A stretch of 36,929 nt of DNA from Armatimonadota bacterium (GCA_052386995.1 JBQTJP010000028.1:1-36929); one strand, 5' to 3'; positions 22,991 to 31,904 are shown, counted from the first letter of the stretch. Notes: generated by a model from the sequence alone, not told the origin. Made by a program: numbers and translations.

Positions 22991-23386
22991 CTACGTGAGG
23001 TGAAAGATCCCGAGCGTCGCGACGCGGCCGTGCTCCTTGCGCAGGATTCCGTCGAGCTCGAGCCCCAGCAGGCTGCTTGCCGCGGCCAGGTAGAACAACG
23101 CGGATCCAATCTCGGTTTCAAGGACCTCCTGGCAGCGCTCGCACAGGTCTCCCGTCAGGTGGGACTGCATGACGTCGCGGACTTCCGTGAGGCTGAGCTC
23201 CGCCGGAAATCGCTGGCGGCCGGCACTGATGCCGATGCACCCGCAATTGGTAACCGACTTGGCGATGGCCCGATTGATGCGGGCCGTGGCTTCCATGAGC
23301 TTACTCTGTACGTCGAGGATGCTGCGGTGGCGGATCAGATATTCCGTCACGGTATCTTGAAACGTCTTCTGCTCGATCTCTGCCAT
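22991..23386 (-). CDS. Conserved hypothetical protein (Clostridial family found near radA, often labelled DUF1573)
   Basis: FQDTV.EYLIRHRSILD, AKSVTNCGCI, LCERCQEVLETEIG; SD GAGGGGAG upstream. Confidence 0.75.
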   Translation of the reverse strand: MAEIEQKTFQDTVTEYLIRHRSILDVQSKLMEATARINRAIAKSVTNCGCIGISAGRQRFPAELSLTEVRDVMQSHLTGDLCERCQEVLETEIGSALFYLAAASSLLGLELDGILRKEHGRVATLGIFHLT

Positions 23387-23442
23387 GCCTGTCTCCCCTC
23401 GTCATGCCCGACGACGTCGGCCTGCCTCAGGAAGCGAGTGTC

Positions 23443-23472
23443 ATTATAGAATTCGGCCGGCCGCGCTGTCAA
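23443..23472 (-). promoter_or_regulatory. Consensus sigma70 promoter for the 23386 gene
   Basis: Minus strand TTGACA-N18-TATAAT. Confidence 0.85.
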
Positions 23473-23542
23473 ATGCACCCCGCGTGGCGCAGCCGCGGCG
23501 CTGGCTTCTCGATCTTGGAAGGGCTGTGTTATAGTGGTCACG

Positions 23543-24631
23543 ATGCGTGATAAGTTCATGCGAGGTATCGGAGCGTTGCTTGGTGGCCTCGTGGGCTACC
23601 AGGTGATCCAGCTCCTGCAGGTGTGGGCGCCCGGCGCGGGCACCGCGGGGTTTGTTCCCATCGTCGCCGGAGTGGCGATTGGTGGACTGATCGGGTCGCT
23701 CGTGAGCCCGACGCTCGCGCGGTGGTTCGTGCGTGCGATGGCCTGGGTCCTCCACGGCCTCGCCGCGTTGTCGTTGCGCGATCTGCTCCTGGCGGCCTTT
23801 GGCCTCATCGGCGGCCTGCTGCTCGCGTTCTTCGTGGGATACCTGCTGGAAGGGCTGCCGCTCATCGGGCCCTATGTTCGGTTGGTCGCCGGGCTCGTCT
23901 TCGGGTACCTCGGGCTGCATATCGCGCTGCAGCGCCGGGACGAGGTCTCCGGCATGATGCAGCGTGAGGGGGCGCACTCCCCAGTCGAGCCTTCAAAGGC
24001 CCCCCGTGCGACCGAAAAGCTGCTGGATACGAGCGTCATCATCGACGGCCGCATTGCTGACATCTGTCTCACCGGGTTTCTCGAGGGCCCGCTGCTGGTC
24101 CCGCGGTCGGTGCTCGCCGAGCTGCAGCGCATCGCGGATTCGTCAGACGTCCTCAAACGCAATCGGGGTCGCCGCGGTCTGGACATCCTCAACCGCCTGC
24201 ACCGTGAGCTCGAGATCGTGCAGATCATCGATGACGGTGCAGGCAGCGGCGATGTCGACGCGCGGCTCGTGGCGCTGGCCCGGGCGCGCGGCGCGTGGGT
24301 CGTGACCAATGACTTCAACCTCAGCAAGGTTGCGGAACTCCAGGGCGTCCGCGTGGTCAACGTCAACGAGCTCGCCCAGGCCGTGCGCACGACGGTGCTG
24401 CCGGGGGAGGAGCTGTCGGTCCACGTCATCCGCGATGGCAAAGAGGCCGGCCAGGGAGTAGCCTACCTGGACGACGGGACAATGATCGTTGTCGAGGGTG
24501 GCAAGCGTTTCATCGGCGAGACTCCCGACGTCATCGTCACCAGCGTCCTCCAGACAGCGGCCGGCCGGATGGTTTTCGCGCGGCCAAAGTCCGGCGAGCC
24601 CGCCGGGCCCTCCAGCGTCCAGAAGCGGTGA
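23543..24631 (+). CDS. PIN/TRAM domain membrane protein (YacL-like)
   Basis: Four TM helices, KLLDTSVIIDGRI, RGRRGLDIL, TNDFNL, GVAYLDDGTMIVVE, SVLQTAAGRMVF. Confidence 0.93.
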   Translation: MRDKFMRGIGALLGGLVGYQVIQLLQVWAPGAGTAGFVPIVAGVAIGGLIGSLVSPTLARWFVRAMAWVLHGLAALSLRDLLLAAFGLIGGLLLAFFVGYLLEGLPLIGPYVRLVAGLVFGYLGLHIALQRRDEVSGMMQREGAHSPVEPSKAPRATEKLLDTSVIIDGRIADICLTGFLEGPLLVPRSVLAELQRIADSSDVLKRNRGRRGLDILNRLHRELEIVQIIDDGAGSGDVDARLVALARARGAWVVTNDFNLSKVAELQGVRVVNVNELAQAVRTTVLPGEELSVHVIRDGKEAGQGVAYLDDGTMIVVEGGKRFIGETPDVIVTSVLQTAAGRMVFARPKSGEPAGPSSVQKR

Positions 24632-24634
24632 GCG

Positions 24635-25027
24635 GTGCGGCGTCGCCGGCCAAAGCGCATCGGTGGGGCGCGCGGCCGGTATGCGCGGGGCGGGCAGGCC
24701 ACCCGCCGCTCGACGGGTGAGCCGTCACCGGACCTGCTCTTTGTCGAGCGTGCCGAGCGAGCCGATCCTATCATCGTTGAAGTAGACCGACCGTTGGCTT
24801 TTCGTCCGCGTCTGGTTGGATTCTGGCGGGGACCGGAGTTCTACATTATCACCCGCATCGTGGCGGTTCGCCGCGAGCACGACGTGACGTATCATCGCGT
24901 CGTCACCGACCGCGGCGCGTTCGATCTCCGCTGCATCCGGCGCATGAACCCGACAACGTTGCGGTCCCGGCGCGTCTGGGAAGTCTGCGCCGAGCTCGAA
25001 GTGATCCCGATCGCCCGGTTGGGCTAG
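24635..25027 (+). CDS. Hypothetical protein, DUF6504-like small beta domain
   Basis: P..F.....Y.I.RI....R....TYHRVVTDRGAFDL...W pattern; start uncertain. Confidence 0.5.
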   Translation: MRRRRPKRIGGARGRYARGGQATRRSTGEPSPDLLFVERAERADPIIVEVDRPLAFRPRLVGFWRGPEFYIITRIVAVRREHDVTYHRVVTDRGAFDLRCIRRMNPTTLRSRRVWEVCAELEVIPIARLG

Positions 25028-25091
25028 GCCCTCGTTCGTCCCCTTGTTCGGCCATCATCGCTCCGATAGACTTGACAGTCGAGGTACGCCG

Positions 25092-26621
25092 ATGGGTTTG
25101 GTCGTTCACAACTCCCTGACCCGCCACAAGGAGCCCTTTGAGCCCATCGAGACGGGCGGTGTGCGCATGTACGTGTGCGGTCCGAACCTCTACGGACCGG
25201 CGCATGTCGGCCACGCGCTGTCGTACATCTTCTTCGATGTCGTCCGTCGGTATCTCGAGTACCGGGGATTCAAGGTTCGCCACGTTCAGAACTTCACCGA
25301 TGTCGAGGATCGTATCGTTGAACGCGCGCGGCAGGAAGGCCGAAGCATCTTCGAGATCTCGCAAGAGTTCGTCGACCGTTTTCTTCAGGAGATGGACGCG
25401 CTGAACGTGCAGCGCGCTCATCACTACCCGCGCGCGACGTCTGTCATTCCCAGGATGATCGAGATCATCCAGGGCCTCATCGCGAAAGGGCATGCCTACG
25501 CTGTCGACGGCGATGTATACTATCGCGTCACCTCATTTCCTGGCTACGGTCTGCTGTCGGGGCGCACGCTCGCGCAGATGCAGGCCGGTGCGCGCGTCGA
25601 GGTCGACGAGCGGAAGGAACATCCGATGGACTTTGCCCTCTGGAAGGCCGCGAAGCCGGGCGACCCCTCTTGGGACAGCCCATGGGGGAAAGGCCTGCCG
25701 GGGTGGCATATCGAGTGCTCGGCAATGTCGATGCAGTTTCTTGGGGAGCAGATCGACCTCCACGGCGGTGGCGAGGACGTGCGGTTTCCGCATCACGAGA
25801 ACGAGATCGCCCAAACCGAAGCCTACACCGGCCGGCATCCCTTTGTCCGGTACTGGATCCACAACGCGATGATGAGGCCCCCGGTGGGCGATGAGATGCA
25901 CCGGCATCTGGGGAACTTCGTGGCGATCAGAGATGCCCTCGCCCGCTTTGACGCGGACGTCATCCGCCTATTCATTCTCTCCTCGCACTACCGGACGCCG
26001 CAGCGATGGACGGACGAGGCGGTCGAGGGCGCCGCCAGGGGAGTTGAACGTCTGCGTACGGCGCTCGCGAACGCCGATCTGGCGCTGGAGCGCCATCGCA
26101 TTCCTCCAGACGGACCACTTGCCGATCGGGCCGCCGCGGCCCGCCGCGCATTCGAACAGGCAATGGATGATGATTTCGGGACGTCTCAGGCAATCGCGAC
26201 CCTGTTCGATCTTGCCGTCGAGATCAACAGGGCGGCGGCCATCGCGCTGCAGGGCGAGGGGTCTGCCGCGACCACCGGGGGGCTGGCCGCCGCGACAGAC
26301 ACGCTGCGCACCCTGGCGTCAGTTCTGGGACTGCGCCTGGGACAAACCGCGCTGCCCGCGGATGCCACGGACGCCCTCGCCGGCCTCTTCGGCACGCTCC
26401 GCTCGCAGCATCCCGCGTTCTTTCCGGACGGCACGACCCCGTCGCGGCCCGAGGAGATTGTTGCCGCGCTCGTGGCCGGACGGGACCGCGCACGGCACGA
26501 GAAGCGGTTTGACGTTGCCGACGCGATACGCAGCCAGCTGGCCGAAATGGGAATAATACTAGAGGATCTCCCCGGAGGCTCACGATGGCGCGTCGTCGCA
26601 CGGCGAGACGGCCGGACCTGA
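25092..26621 (+). CDS. cysS: Cysteine--tRNA ligase with atypical signature motifs
   Basis: MYVCGP, HVGH, DFALWK, PGWHIECSAM, FPHHENE, SSHYR, MDDDF, ADAIRSQL; GAGG SD before ATG 25092. Confidence 0.93.
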   Translation: MGLVVHNSLTRHKEPFEPIETGGVRMYVCGPNLYGPAHVGHALSYIFFDVVRRYLEYRGFKVRHVQNFTDVEDRIVERARQEGRSIFEISQEFVDRFLQEMDALNVQRAHHYPRATSVIPRMIEIIQGLIAKGHAYAVDGDVYYRVTSFPGYGLLSGRTLAQMQAGARVEVDERKEHPMDFALWKAAKPGDPSWDSPWGKGLPGWHIECSAMSMQFLGEQIDLHGGGEDVRFPHHENEIAQTEAYTGRHPFVRYWIHNAMMRPPVGDEMHRHLGNFVAIRDALARFDADVIRLFILSSHYRTPQRWTDEAVEGAARGVERLRTALANADLALERHRIPPDGPLADRAAAARRAFEQAMDDDFGTSQAIATLFDLAVEINRAAAIALQGEGSAATTGGLAAATDTLRTLASVLGLRLGQTALPADATDALAGLFGTLRSQHPAFFPDGTTPSRPEEIVAALVAGRDRARHEKRFDVADAIRSQLAEMGIILEDLPGGSRWRVVARRDGRT

Positions 26622-27385
26622 GCCCCGGAACAACAACGCAGATCGAGGGTAGACGTCCCGTGCTCGAGGCCCTGCGTGCGGGCCGGCCGCTGCGCAAGCT
26701 CCTTGTGGCTCGCACGCATGCCACAGGCGGATCACTGCACGATCTCGTCGGTGAGGCGCGCCGGCGCGGTATCCTTGTGCAGGAAGTGCCGACCGCTGTC
26801 GTCGACCGACTGGCGCGCACGCGCGCTCCCCAGGGTGTGATTGCCTATGCGGCCGCCCATGAGGTCGTGGAGGTAGATGATCTCCTGGAGCTGGCCCGAA
26901 ACCGCGGTGAGGCCCCGTTCGTAATTCTGCTGGATGGTCTCGAAGACCCCGGCAACCTGGGTGCTGTGCTGCGGTCGGCTGAAGCCGCGGGGGTGCACGG
27001 CGTGGTAATCCCCCGCCGGCGGGCCGCGGGACTGACGCCGGCCGTGGCGGCGGCTTCGGCGGGGGCGATCGAGCACGTCCGCGTCGCCCAGACCCCCAAC
27101 CTCGCGCAGGCGATCGACAAACTCAAGGCCGCCAATGTCTGGGTCATCGGCGCCGACCCAGAGGCTCCGCAGCCGATGTACGATGCCGCCCTGCGGCCAC
27201 CGATTGCCGTTGTGGTCGGCGGGGAGGGCCGGGGCCTCTCACGGCTGGTCCGCGAGCACTGTGACCTGCTGGTCCGCATTCCTATGTACGGTGCAACCGC
27301 GTCGCTCAACGCATCGGTCGCCGCGGGGCTCGTGCTGTTTGAGGTCCGCCGGCAGATGCGCGCGGCCCAGGGAGCCCAGCCGTGA
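26585..27385 (+). CDS. rlmB: 23S rRNA (G2251-2'-O)-methyltransferase
   Basis: GRRPVLEAL, LDGLEDPGNLGAVLRSA, GGEGRG, SLNASVAAG; GGAGG SD inside the cysS 3' end. Confidence 0.95.
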   Translation: MARRRTARRPDLSPGTTTQIEGRRPVLEALRAGRPLRKLLVARTHATGGSLHDLVGEARRRGILVQEVPTAVVDRLARTRAPQGVIAYAAAHEVVEVDDLLELARNRGEAPFVILLDGLEDPGNLGAVLRSAEAAGVHGVVIPRRRAAGLTPAVAAASAGAIEHVRVAQTPNLAQAIDKLKAANVWVIGADPEAPQPMYDAALRPPIAVVVGGEGRGLSRLVREHCDLLVRIPMYGATASLNASVAAGLVLFEVRRQMRAAQGAQP

Positions 27386-28767
27386 GCGGTCGTGCCGTCG
27401 CGTTGGGACTCGCGATCGTCCTCCTCCTGGCCGGGGGTACCGTCCTTTGGACGGTCATCGAGCGCCAGCACTACGCGGGGCGCGTTCTCCCCGGCGTCAT
27501 GGTGGAAGGCCAGGATGTGCGCGGGCTCGATGCCCAGGCTCTGGCCATTCGCGTCAGGGCGATCGCCGAGGCGGTCCTGTCCCGCCCCGTGGTGATACGC
27601 GCCGGGCAAAACGAGTTCTCGCGGACCGCCGCGCAGCTGGGGATGCGCGCGTCGGTGGATCAGGCCGTTGCCGCCGCTCTGGCCGTGGGGCGCACCGGAT
27701 CGCTGTCGGCGCAGCTATGGCAGCGGATCACACTGGTCAGGCACCCCATCGAGATTCCTATTATCTACACGGTCGATACGGTCGCTACCCGCGGCGCTGT
27801 CGCACAGATCGCCGCGTCGATGGTCACCGAGCCGATGGAGGCCGAGGTCACGGTCACCGACGGCAGGCTGGTGGTCACGCGCCCCAGCCGCGACGGCGTG
27901 GTCGTCGACGAATCGTCGGCGGTGAACCTGGTGATCTCTGGGCTGACGCGCGGGGACCAGGCCATCGGCCTGGTGGTGGCGGTGCGCCACCCGAGACTCT
28001 CGACCGAAGACGCGCAGCGCATGGCCGACCCGGTCGCGTCGTTCACGACCCGCTTCGGCTACAATCCCGACCGGATTCACAACATCAAGCTTGCCGCGGG
28101 CTCGCTGCGCGGCTTCCTGGTGGCACCCGGCGCCGTGCTCTCATACAATCAGGTGGTCGGCCCGCGCGACCCTCGGCGGGGCTACCGTAAGGCCCCGGTG
28201 CTGATCAACGACATCCTGGTGCCCGGTGACGGCGGCGGCGTCTGTCAGGTTTCCTCGACGCTCTTCAACGCGGCACTGCTCTCTGACATGAAAGTCGAGG
28301 CCCGCACCAACCATTCCTCGCCCGTGCCCTATCTGGCCGCAGGCCGTGACGCCACGGTCAACTACGGGACCATCGACCTGCGCCTGCGCAACACCACCGG
28401 CCAGCCGCTCTTGATATGGTCAGAGGTGACATCGCAGACCCTGACTTTCACCGTGTTCGGACCGCCCCGGCCGGGCCGAGAAGTGGCAATCCTCGTGACC
28501 GATCACACCTGGCTGCCGGCCCCCGGGCACACGGTGACCAAAGATGATCCGTTCCTGCCCGTGGGCAAGATCAAGATCGATCCTCCCAAGCGCGGGCTGC
28601 GCGCCCGCACGATCAGAGTGGTGCGCGAGGACGGAGAGATCGTTCGCGAGGAAGTTGTCGCGGTGAACTACTACAAGCCGGTGCCGCGAACCATCAGGGT
28701 CGGCGTGAAGGGCGCCGCTTCCGAAGGCAGCCGCACAAAACCCATCCGACGTGCCACCGCGCCTTGA
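27382..28767 (+). CDS. VanW family protein (PG-binding 4 + VanW + G5, YoaR-like)
   Basis: N-terminal TM, RIHNIKLA, GGGVCQVSSTLFNA, DATVNYGTIDL, C-terminal G5-like YKPVPRTIRVG. Confidence 0.88.
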   Translation: MSGRAVALGLAIVLLLAGGTVLWTVIERQHYAGRVLPGVMVEGQDVRGLDAQALAIRVRAIAEAVLSRPVVIRAGQNEFSRTAAQLGMRASVDQAVAAALAVGRTGSLSAQLWQRITLVRHPIEIPIIYTVDTVATRGAVAQIAASMVTEPMEAEVTVTDGRLVVTRPSRDGVVVDESSAVNLVISGLTRGDQAIGLVVAVRHPRLSTEDAQRMADPVASFTTRFGYNPDRIHNIKLAAGSLRGFLVAPGAVLSYNQVVGPRDPRRGYRKAPVLINDILVPGDGGGVCQVSSTLFNAALLSDMKVEARTNHSSPVPYLAAGRDATVNYGTIDLRLRNTTGQPLLIWSEVTSQTLTFTVFGPPRPGREVAILVTDHTWLPAPGHTVTKDDPFLPVGKIKIDPPKRGLRARTIRVVREDGEIVREEVVAVNYYKPVPRTIRVGVKGAASEGSRTKPIRRATAP

Positions 28768-28792
28768 CGCCAGCGCAACGTGGTTCCATAAT
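28764..28792 (+). promoter_or_regulatory. Sigma70/SigA promoter of sigH
   Basis: TTGACG-N17-CATAAT. Confidence 0.7.
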
Positions 28793-28876
28793 GGGTTCAA
28801 CAGACGCATGGGAACCGCGGGTCGCAGCCGGGTCGTCACGATAACGAGTCACTCCTCAGGCCGGAGGGGATAGCCG

Positions 28877-29515
28877 GTGGTATTGGCACGCAAGGAAGGT
28901 CTTGGCTATCACGAGTTAGTGGATGAAGAGCTCGTCGATCACGCCAAGACCGGGGACGACCGAGCTGCCGAGTTCCTGATCACCAAGTATCGCAACTTCG
29001 TTCGCGTCAAAGCCAAAGCGTATTTCCTCATCGGGGCTGACCGCGAGGACATCATCCAGGAAGGGATGATCGGCCTCTACAAGGCCATTCGCGACTTTCG
29101 CCGCGATAAGCTCTCGTCGTTTCGCGCCTTCGCCGAGCTATGCATCACCCGGCAGATCATTACAGCGATCAAGACCGCGACCCGGCAAAAGCACATCCCG
29201 CTCAACTCGTACATCTCGCTCAATAAACCGATCTACGATGAAGACTCCGACCGCACGCTCCTCGACGTCATCAGCAGCATCAAGGTCAGCGACCCCGAAG
29301 AGCTCGTCATCAATCAGGAAGCCTCCGCGACGATGCGCGAGCGCATCCGCAAGAACCTCAGCGAGCTGGAGTGCCGGGTGCTGACGGCGTATCTCGAGGG
29401 CAAGTCCTATCAGGAAATGGCCAACGAACTCAACCGCCACGTGAAGTCGATCGACAATGCGCTCCAGAGAGTGAAGCGCAAGCTCGAGCGCAACCTCGAG
29501 GGCGAAGAAGCCTAG
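28877..29515 (+). CDS. sigH: RNA polymerase sigma factor SigH (Spo0H type)
   Basis: YFLIGADREDIIQEGMIGLYKAIRDF, SFRAFAELCITRQIITAIKTATRQKHIPLNSY, KSIDNALQRVKRKL. Confidence 0.96.
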   Translation: MVLARKEGLGYHELVDEELVDHAKTGDDRAAEFLITKYRNFVRVKAKAYFLIGADREDIIQEGMIGLYKAIRDFRRDKLSSFRAFAELCITRQIITAIKTATRQKHIPLNSYISLNKPIYDEDSDRTLLDVISSIKVSDPEELVINQEASATMRERIRKNLSELECRVLTAYLEGKSYQEMANELNRHVKSIDNALQRVKRKLERNLEGEEA

Positions 29516-29546
29516 TTCCCGCGCGGCCCGCGCGGTCATCCTTTCA

Positions 29547-29687
29547 GTGCTTCGTCTCATCTGTTCCGCCTGCCGGTTCGTCTTCTTCCGTTTAGGGGCC
29601 GTCGATGAGGAGGGCGTCACGTGCCCCCGCTGTGGCGTGGTGTTCCAGCCCGAGGAAGAGGAATTGTACGATCCAGAGAATGACTAG
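29547..29687 (+). CDS. Small acidic zinc-ribbon protein (46 aa), absent from the ORF track
   Basis: GTG start; MLRLICSACRFVFFRLGAVDEEGVTCPRCGVVFQPEEEELYDPEND*; two CxxC knuckles and an acidic tail. Confidence 0.7.
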   Translation: MLRLICSACRFVFFRLGAVDEEGVTCPRCGVVFQPEEEELYDPEND

Positions 29688-29721
29688 TCCGTCGTTGCCG
29701 GCGTTTCCGGGGAGGAGTTCC

Positions 29722-30312
29722 GTGGCCGACATCGGGGTTGAGGTCGTGAAGCGGTGGGGTGGCCGGGTATTGATCGGGGTCGGGCTCTGGCTCATCGTGC
29801 TCGCCCTCGGCGCGAACGTTTTCGCCCGGTTCTTCCGGGTCCATCCCGAGGCCCAAGGGCAGATGCCGGGGATGGGGACGTCGGCCAATCCTACCCCACC
29901 GGTGAAAGGGTTTGCGAAGGGACAGGAGATTCAGTTCATTCATACGGAGGCCTCGGATCCGCAAGTTGCGGCGATGCTCACGCGCATGATGGGCCCCAAA
30001 GTGCTCCTCGTACCGAGCCTCAAGGAGATACCGGAGCGGCTGCTGGCCACCGTGTTCGTCTTCCGGAACGGGGTGAAAGGGCAGGGGCCAATGGGCTTTC
30101 AACCCGACGTTTTCGATACGGTGCCCGGTGATGCCCGGTACACGCCGCTGCGGCGCATCGTGCTCGTCACGTGGAAAGAAGGAGGCCGGGCCCGGGTGCT
30201 GCGCTCCGCGGAAGAAGTCCGACAGATAGCTCAGGCGGGAGGTGTGAGCCTCACGACCCCAGGAATTGTCGTCAACATGCCCATGCTCGCGTGGCCAGGC
30301 GGACAGCGCTAA
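29722..30312 (+). CDS. Membrane-anchored hypothetical protein, DUF7482-like domain
   Basis: GGAGGAG SD and GTG 29722; TM helix; FIHTEASD...VFVFRNGVKG.GPMGFQPDVFD..PGD..YTPL...VVNMP. Confidence 0.65.
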   Translation: MADIGVEVVKRWGGRVLIGVGLWLIVLALGANVFARFFRVHPEAQGQMPGMGTSANPTPPVKGFAKGQEIQFIHTEASDPQVAAMLTRMMGPKVLLVPSLKEIPERLLATVFVFRNGVKGQGPMGFQPDVFDTVPGDARYTPLRRIVLVTWKEGGRARVLRSAEEVRQIAQAGGVSLTTPGIVVNMPMLAWPGGQR

Positions 30313-30370
30313 AGAGTGCAATCAGGACAGGGGGGAATGGCTCCCTTGCTGCTAGGGCGAGTAGGTTAGG

Positions 30371-31348
30371 TCAGCCGCCGATCTGGATCATGACGCGCTC
30401 TGTAGGGTAGAGTTTTTCGGCGAGCGCGTGACCGAACGGCCGGCGGTAAGCTGCGGCCCGAAAGCGTTCCTTCATCTCTTCGCGTGAGGCACCGGCACGC
30501 AGCGGGGTCATCAGGTCGGCTTCGTCGTCGCGCAGCAGGCAGAGCCGCAGGCGCCCGTCGGCGGTCAATCTCAGGCGCCCGCACTTCGCGCAGAACGGCT
30601 CGCTGACCGAACTAATGAAGCCCAGCGTTCCCGCGGCGCCGGGCAGCCGGTAGGTCCGGGCCGGCGCGTCCCCGGTCAGATTGAGCGGCTCGAGGTGTCC
30701 GATGCCCTCCTCGATACGCGCCCGCGTCTCCTCCGACGTGACGATGCCGGCGTCGGCGACATCGGCGACCGTGCCAAAGGGCATGACTTCGATGAAGCGC
30801 ATCTCCCAGGGCCGCTGCAACGTCAGCGCGGCCAGGGCTACAACGTCGTCCTCGTTGAACCCGCGAACGACCACCGCGTTGAGCTTGATCGGCCGCAGCC
30901 CGACCGCTTCGGCGCGCTCAATGCCCGCGAACACCCGGTCCACGTGTCCGCCGCGGGTGATGCGCCGGAACTTCTCAGGGTCGACGGTGTCGAGGCTGAT
31001 GTTGACACGTGTGAGGCCGGCGTCCCGGAGGGGCTCCGCGAGGGCTTCCAGCAGGAGCGCGTTGGTGGTCATGGCAAGCTCGGTGATGCCTGGGACGGCC
31101 GCGATACGGCGCACCAGCGGTACGATGCCGGGGCGGACAGTGGGCTCGCCACCGGTGAGCCGGATCTTCTGGACGCCCAGCTCCGCGGCGATTTCAACGA
31201 GCAAGACGAGCTCGTCGTCCTGCAGCAACTCGGCCGGAGGACGGAAATCGATCCCGTCCTCAGGCATGCAGTAGACACACCGAAGGTTGCACCGATCCGT
31301 GATGGAGACACGCAGATCGGTGAGCTCTCGTCCGAATTGATCGCGCAT
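30371..31348 (-). CDS. moaA: GTP 3',8-cyclase
   Basis: LRVSITDRCNLRCVYC (radical SAM), RLTGGEP, FCAKCGRLRLTADG..CL, C-terminal IGG. Confidence 0.96.
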   Translation of the reverse strand: MRDQFGRELTDLRVSITDRCNLRCVYCMPEDGIDFRPPAELLQDDELVLLVEIAAELGVQKIRLTGGEPTVRPGIVPLVRRIAAVPGITELAMTTNALLLEALAEPLRDAGLTRVNISLDTVDPEKFRRITRGGHVDRVFAGIERAEAVGLRPIKLNAVVVRGFNEDDVVALAALTLQRPWEMRFIEVMPFGTVADVADAGIVTSEETRARIEEGIGHLEPLNLTGDAPARTYRLPGAAGTLGFISSVSEPFCAKCGRLRLTADGRLRLCLLRDDEADLMTPLRAGASREEMKERFRAAAYRRPFGHALAEKLYPTERVMIQIGG

Positions 31349-31362
31349 GGCGTGCCTCTATC

Positions 31363-31904
31363 TTACCATACGGCGATCACGCGGCTGGGCCCGCCCGAGC
31401 CCTGGGCGACTTTGGGCGCTCCGACGAAGGCGGTCGCGCCGGCTGGCGGGATCTGCGCCAGGTTGGCAAGACCCTCGAGTCCCCATCGGCCTGTTGGGAG
31501 CCAGGTCACGTGGGTCTTGAAGTCTTTGGATGCGCCGAAATCCAGGCTGAGGGTATCGACCCCAATGCCCACAGCGTTCCGCTCCCTCAAGAGAAACTCG
31601 ACCGCATCCGGGTGGAACCCGGGGAAGTGCATGACGCCGGAGGCATCAGGATTGCGGAACGCCTGAGCGCTGCCGACCCGCGATTCCCAGCCGCTGTGCA
31701 TGAACACGGCCGCTCCGCGCGGAAGCCGGCCATGCCGGCCCTCCCAGGCCCGAATGTCGGCGGGCATGACCTGGGCGTCATGATTCCTGGCAGCGCGCTC
31801 GTGAATGTGCCAACGGCGGCGACAGTCGCCGCACCGGCCAGGCGTAACATGTCCCGGCGGCTCAGCCTCTCCCTGACTGCTTCCATCACAACCGGCGCGC
31901 ACAT
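31363..31904 (-). pseudogene. Tat-exported cyclase/kynurenine-formamidase family gene with an internal out-of-frame deletion
   Basis: 5' frame MCAPVV...LSRRDMLRLAGAATVAAVG (Tat signal) joins near 31810, out of frame, to the C-terminal half (IHERAARNHDAQV...HFPGF...GIGVDTLSLD...LEGLANL...GSGGPSRVIAVW); the HxGTHxD motif is missing. Confidence 0.8.

Noticed and set aside
30337..30369. Ten-codon ORF MAPLLLGRVG after a G-rich SD
   Set aside because: Too short and featureless; may be a gene stub or part of a terminator region.
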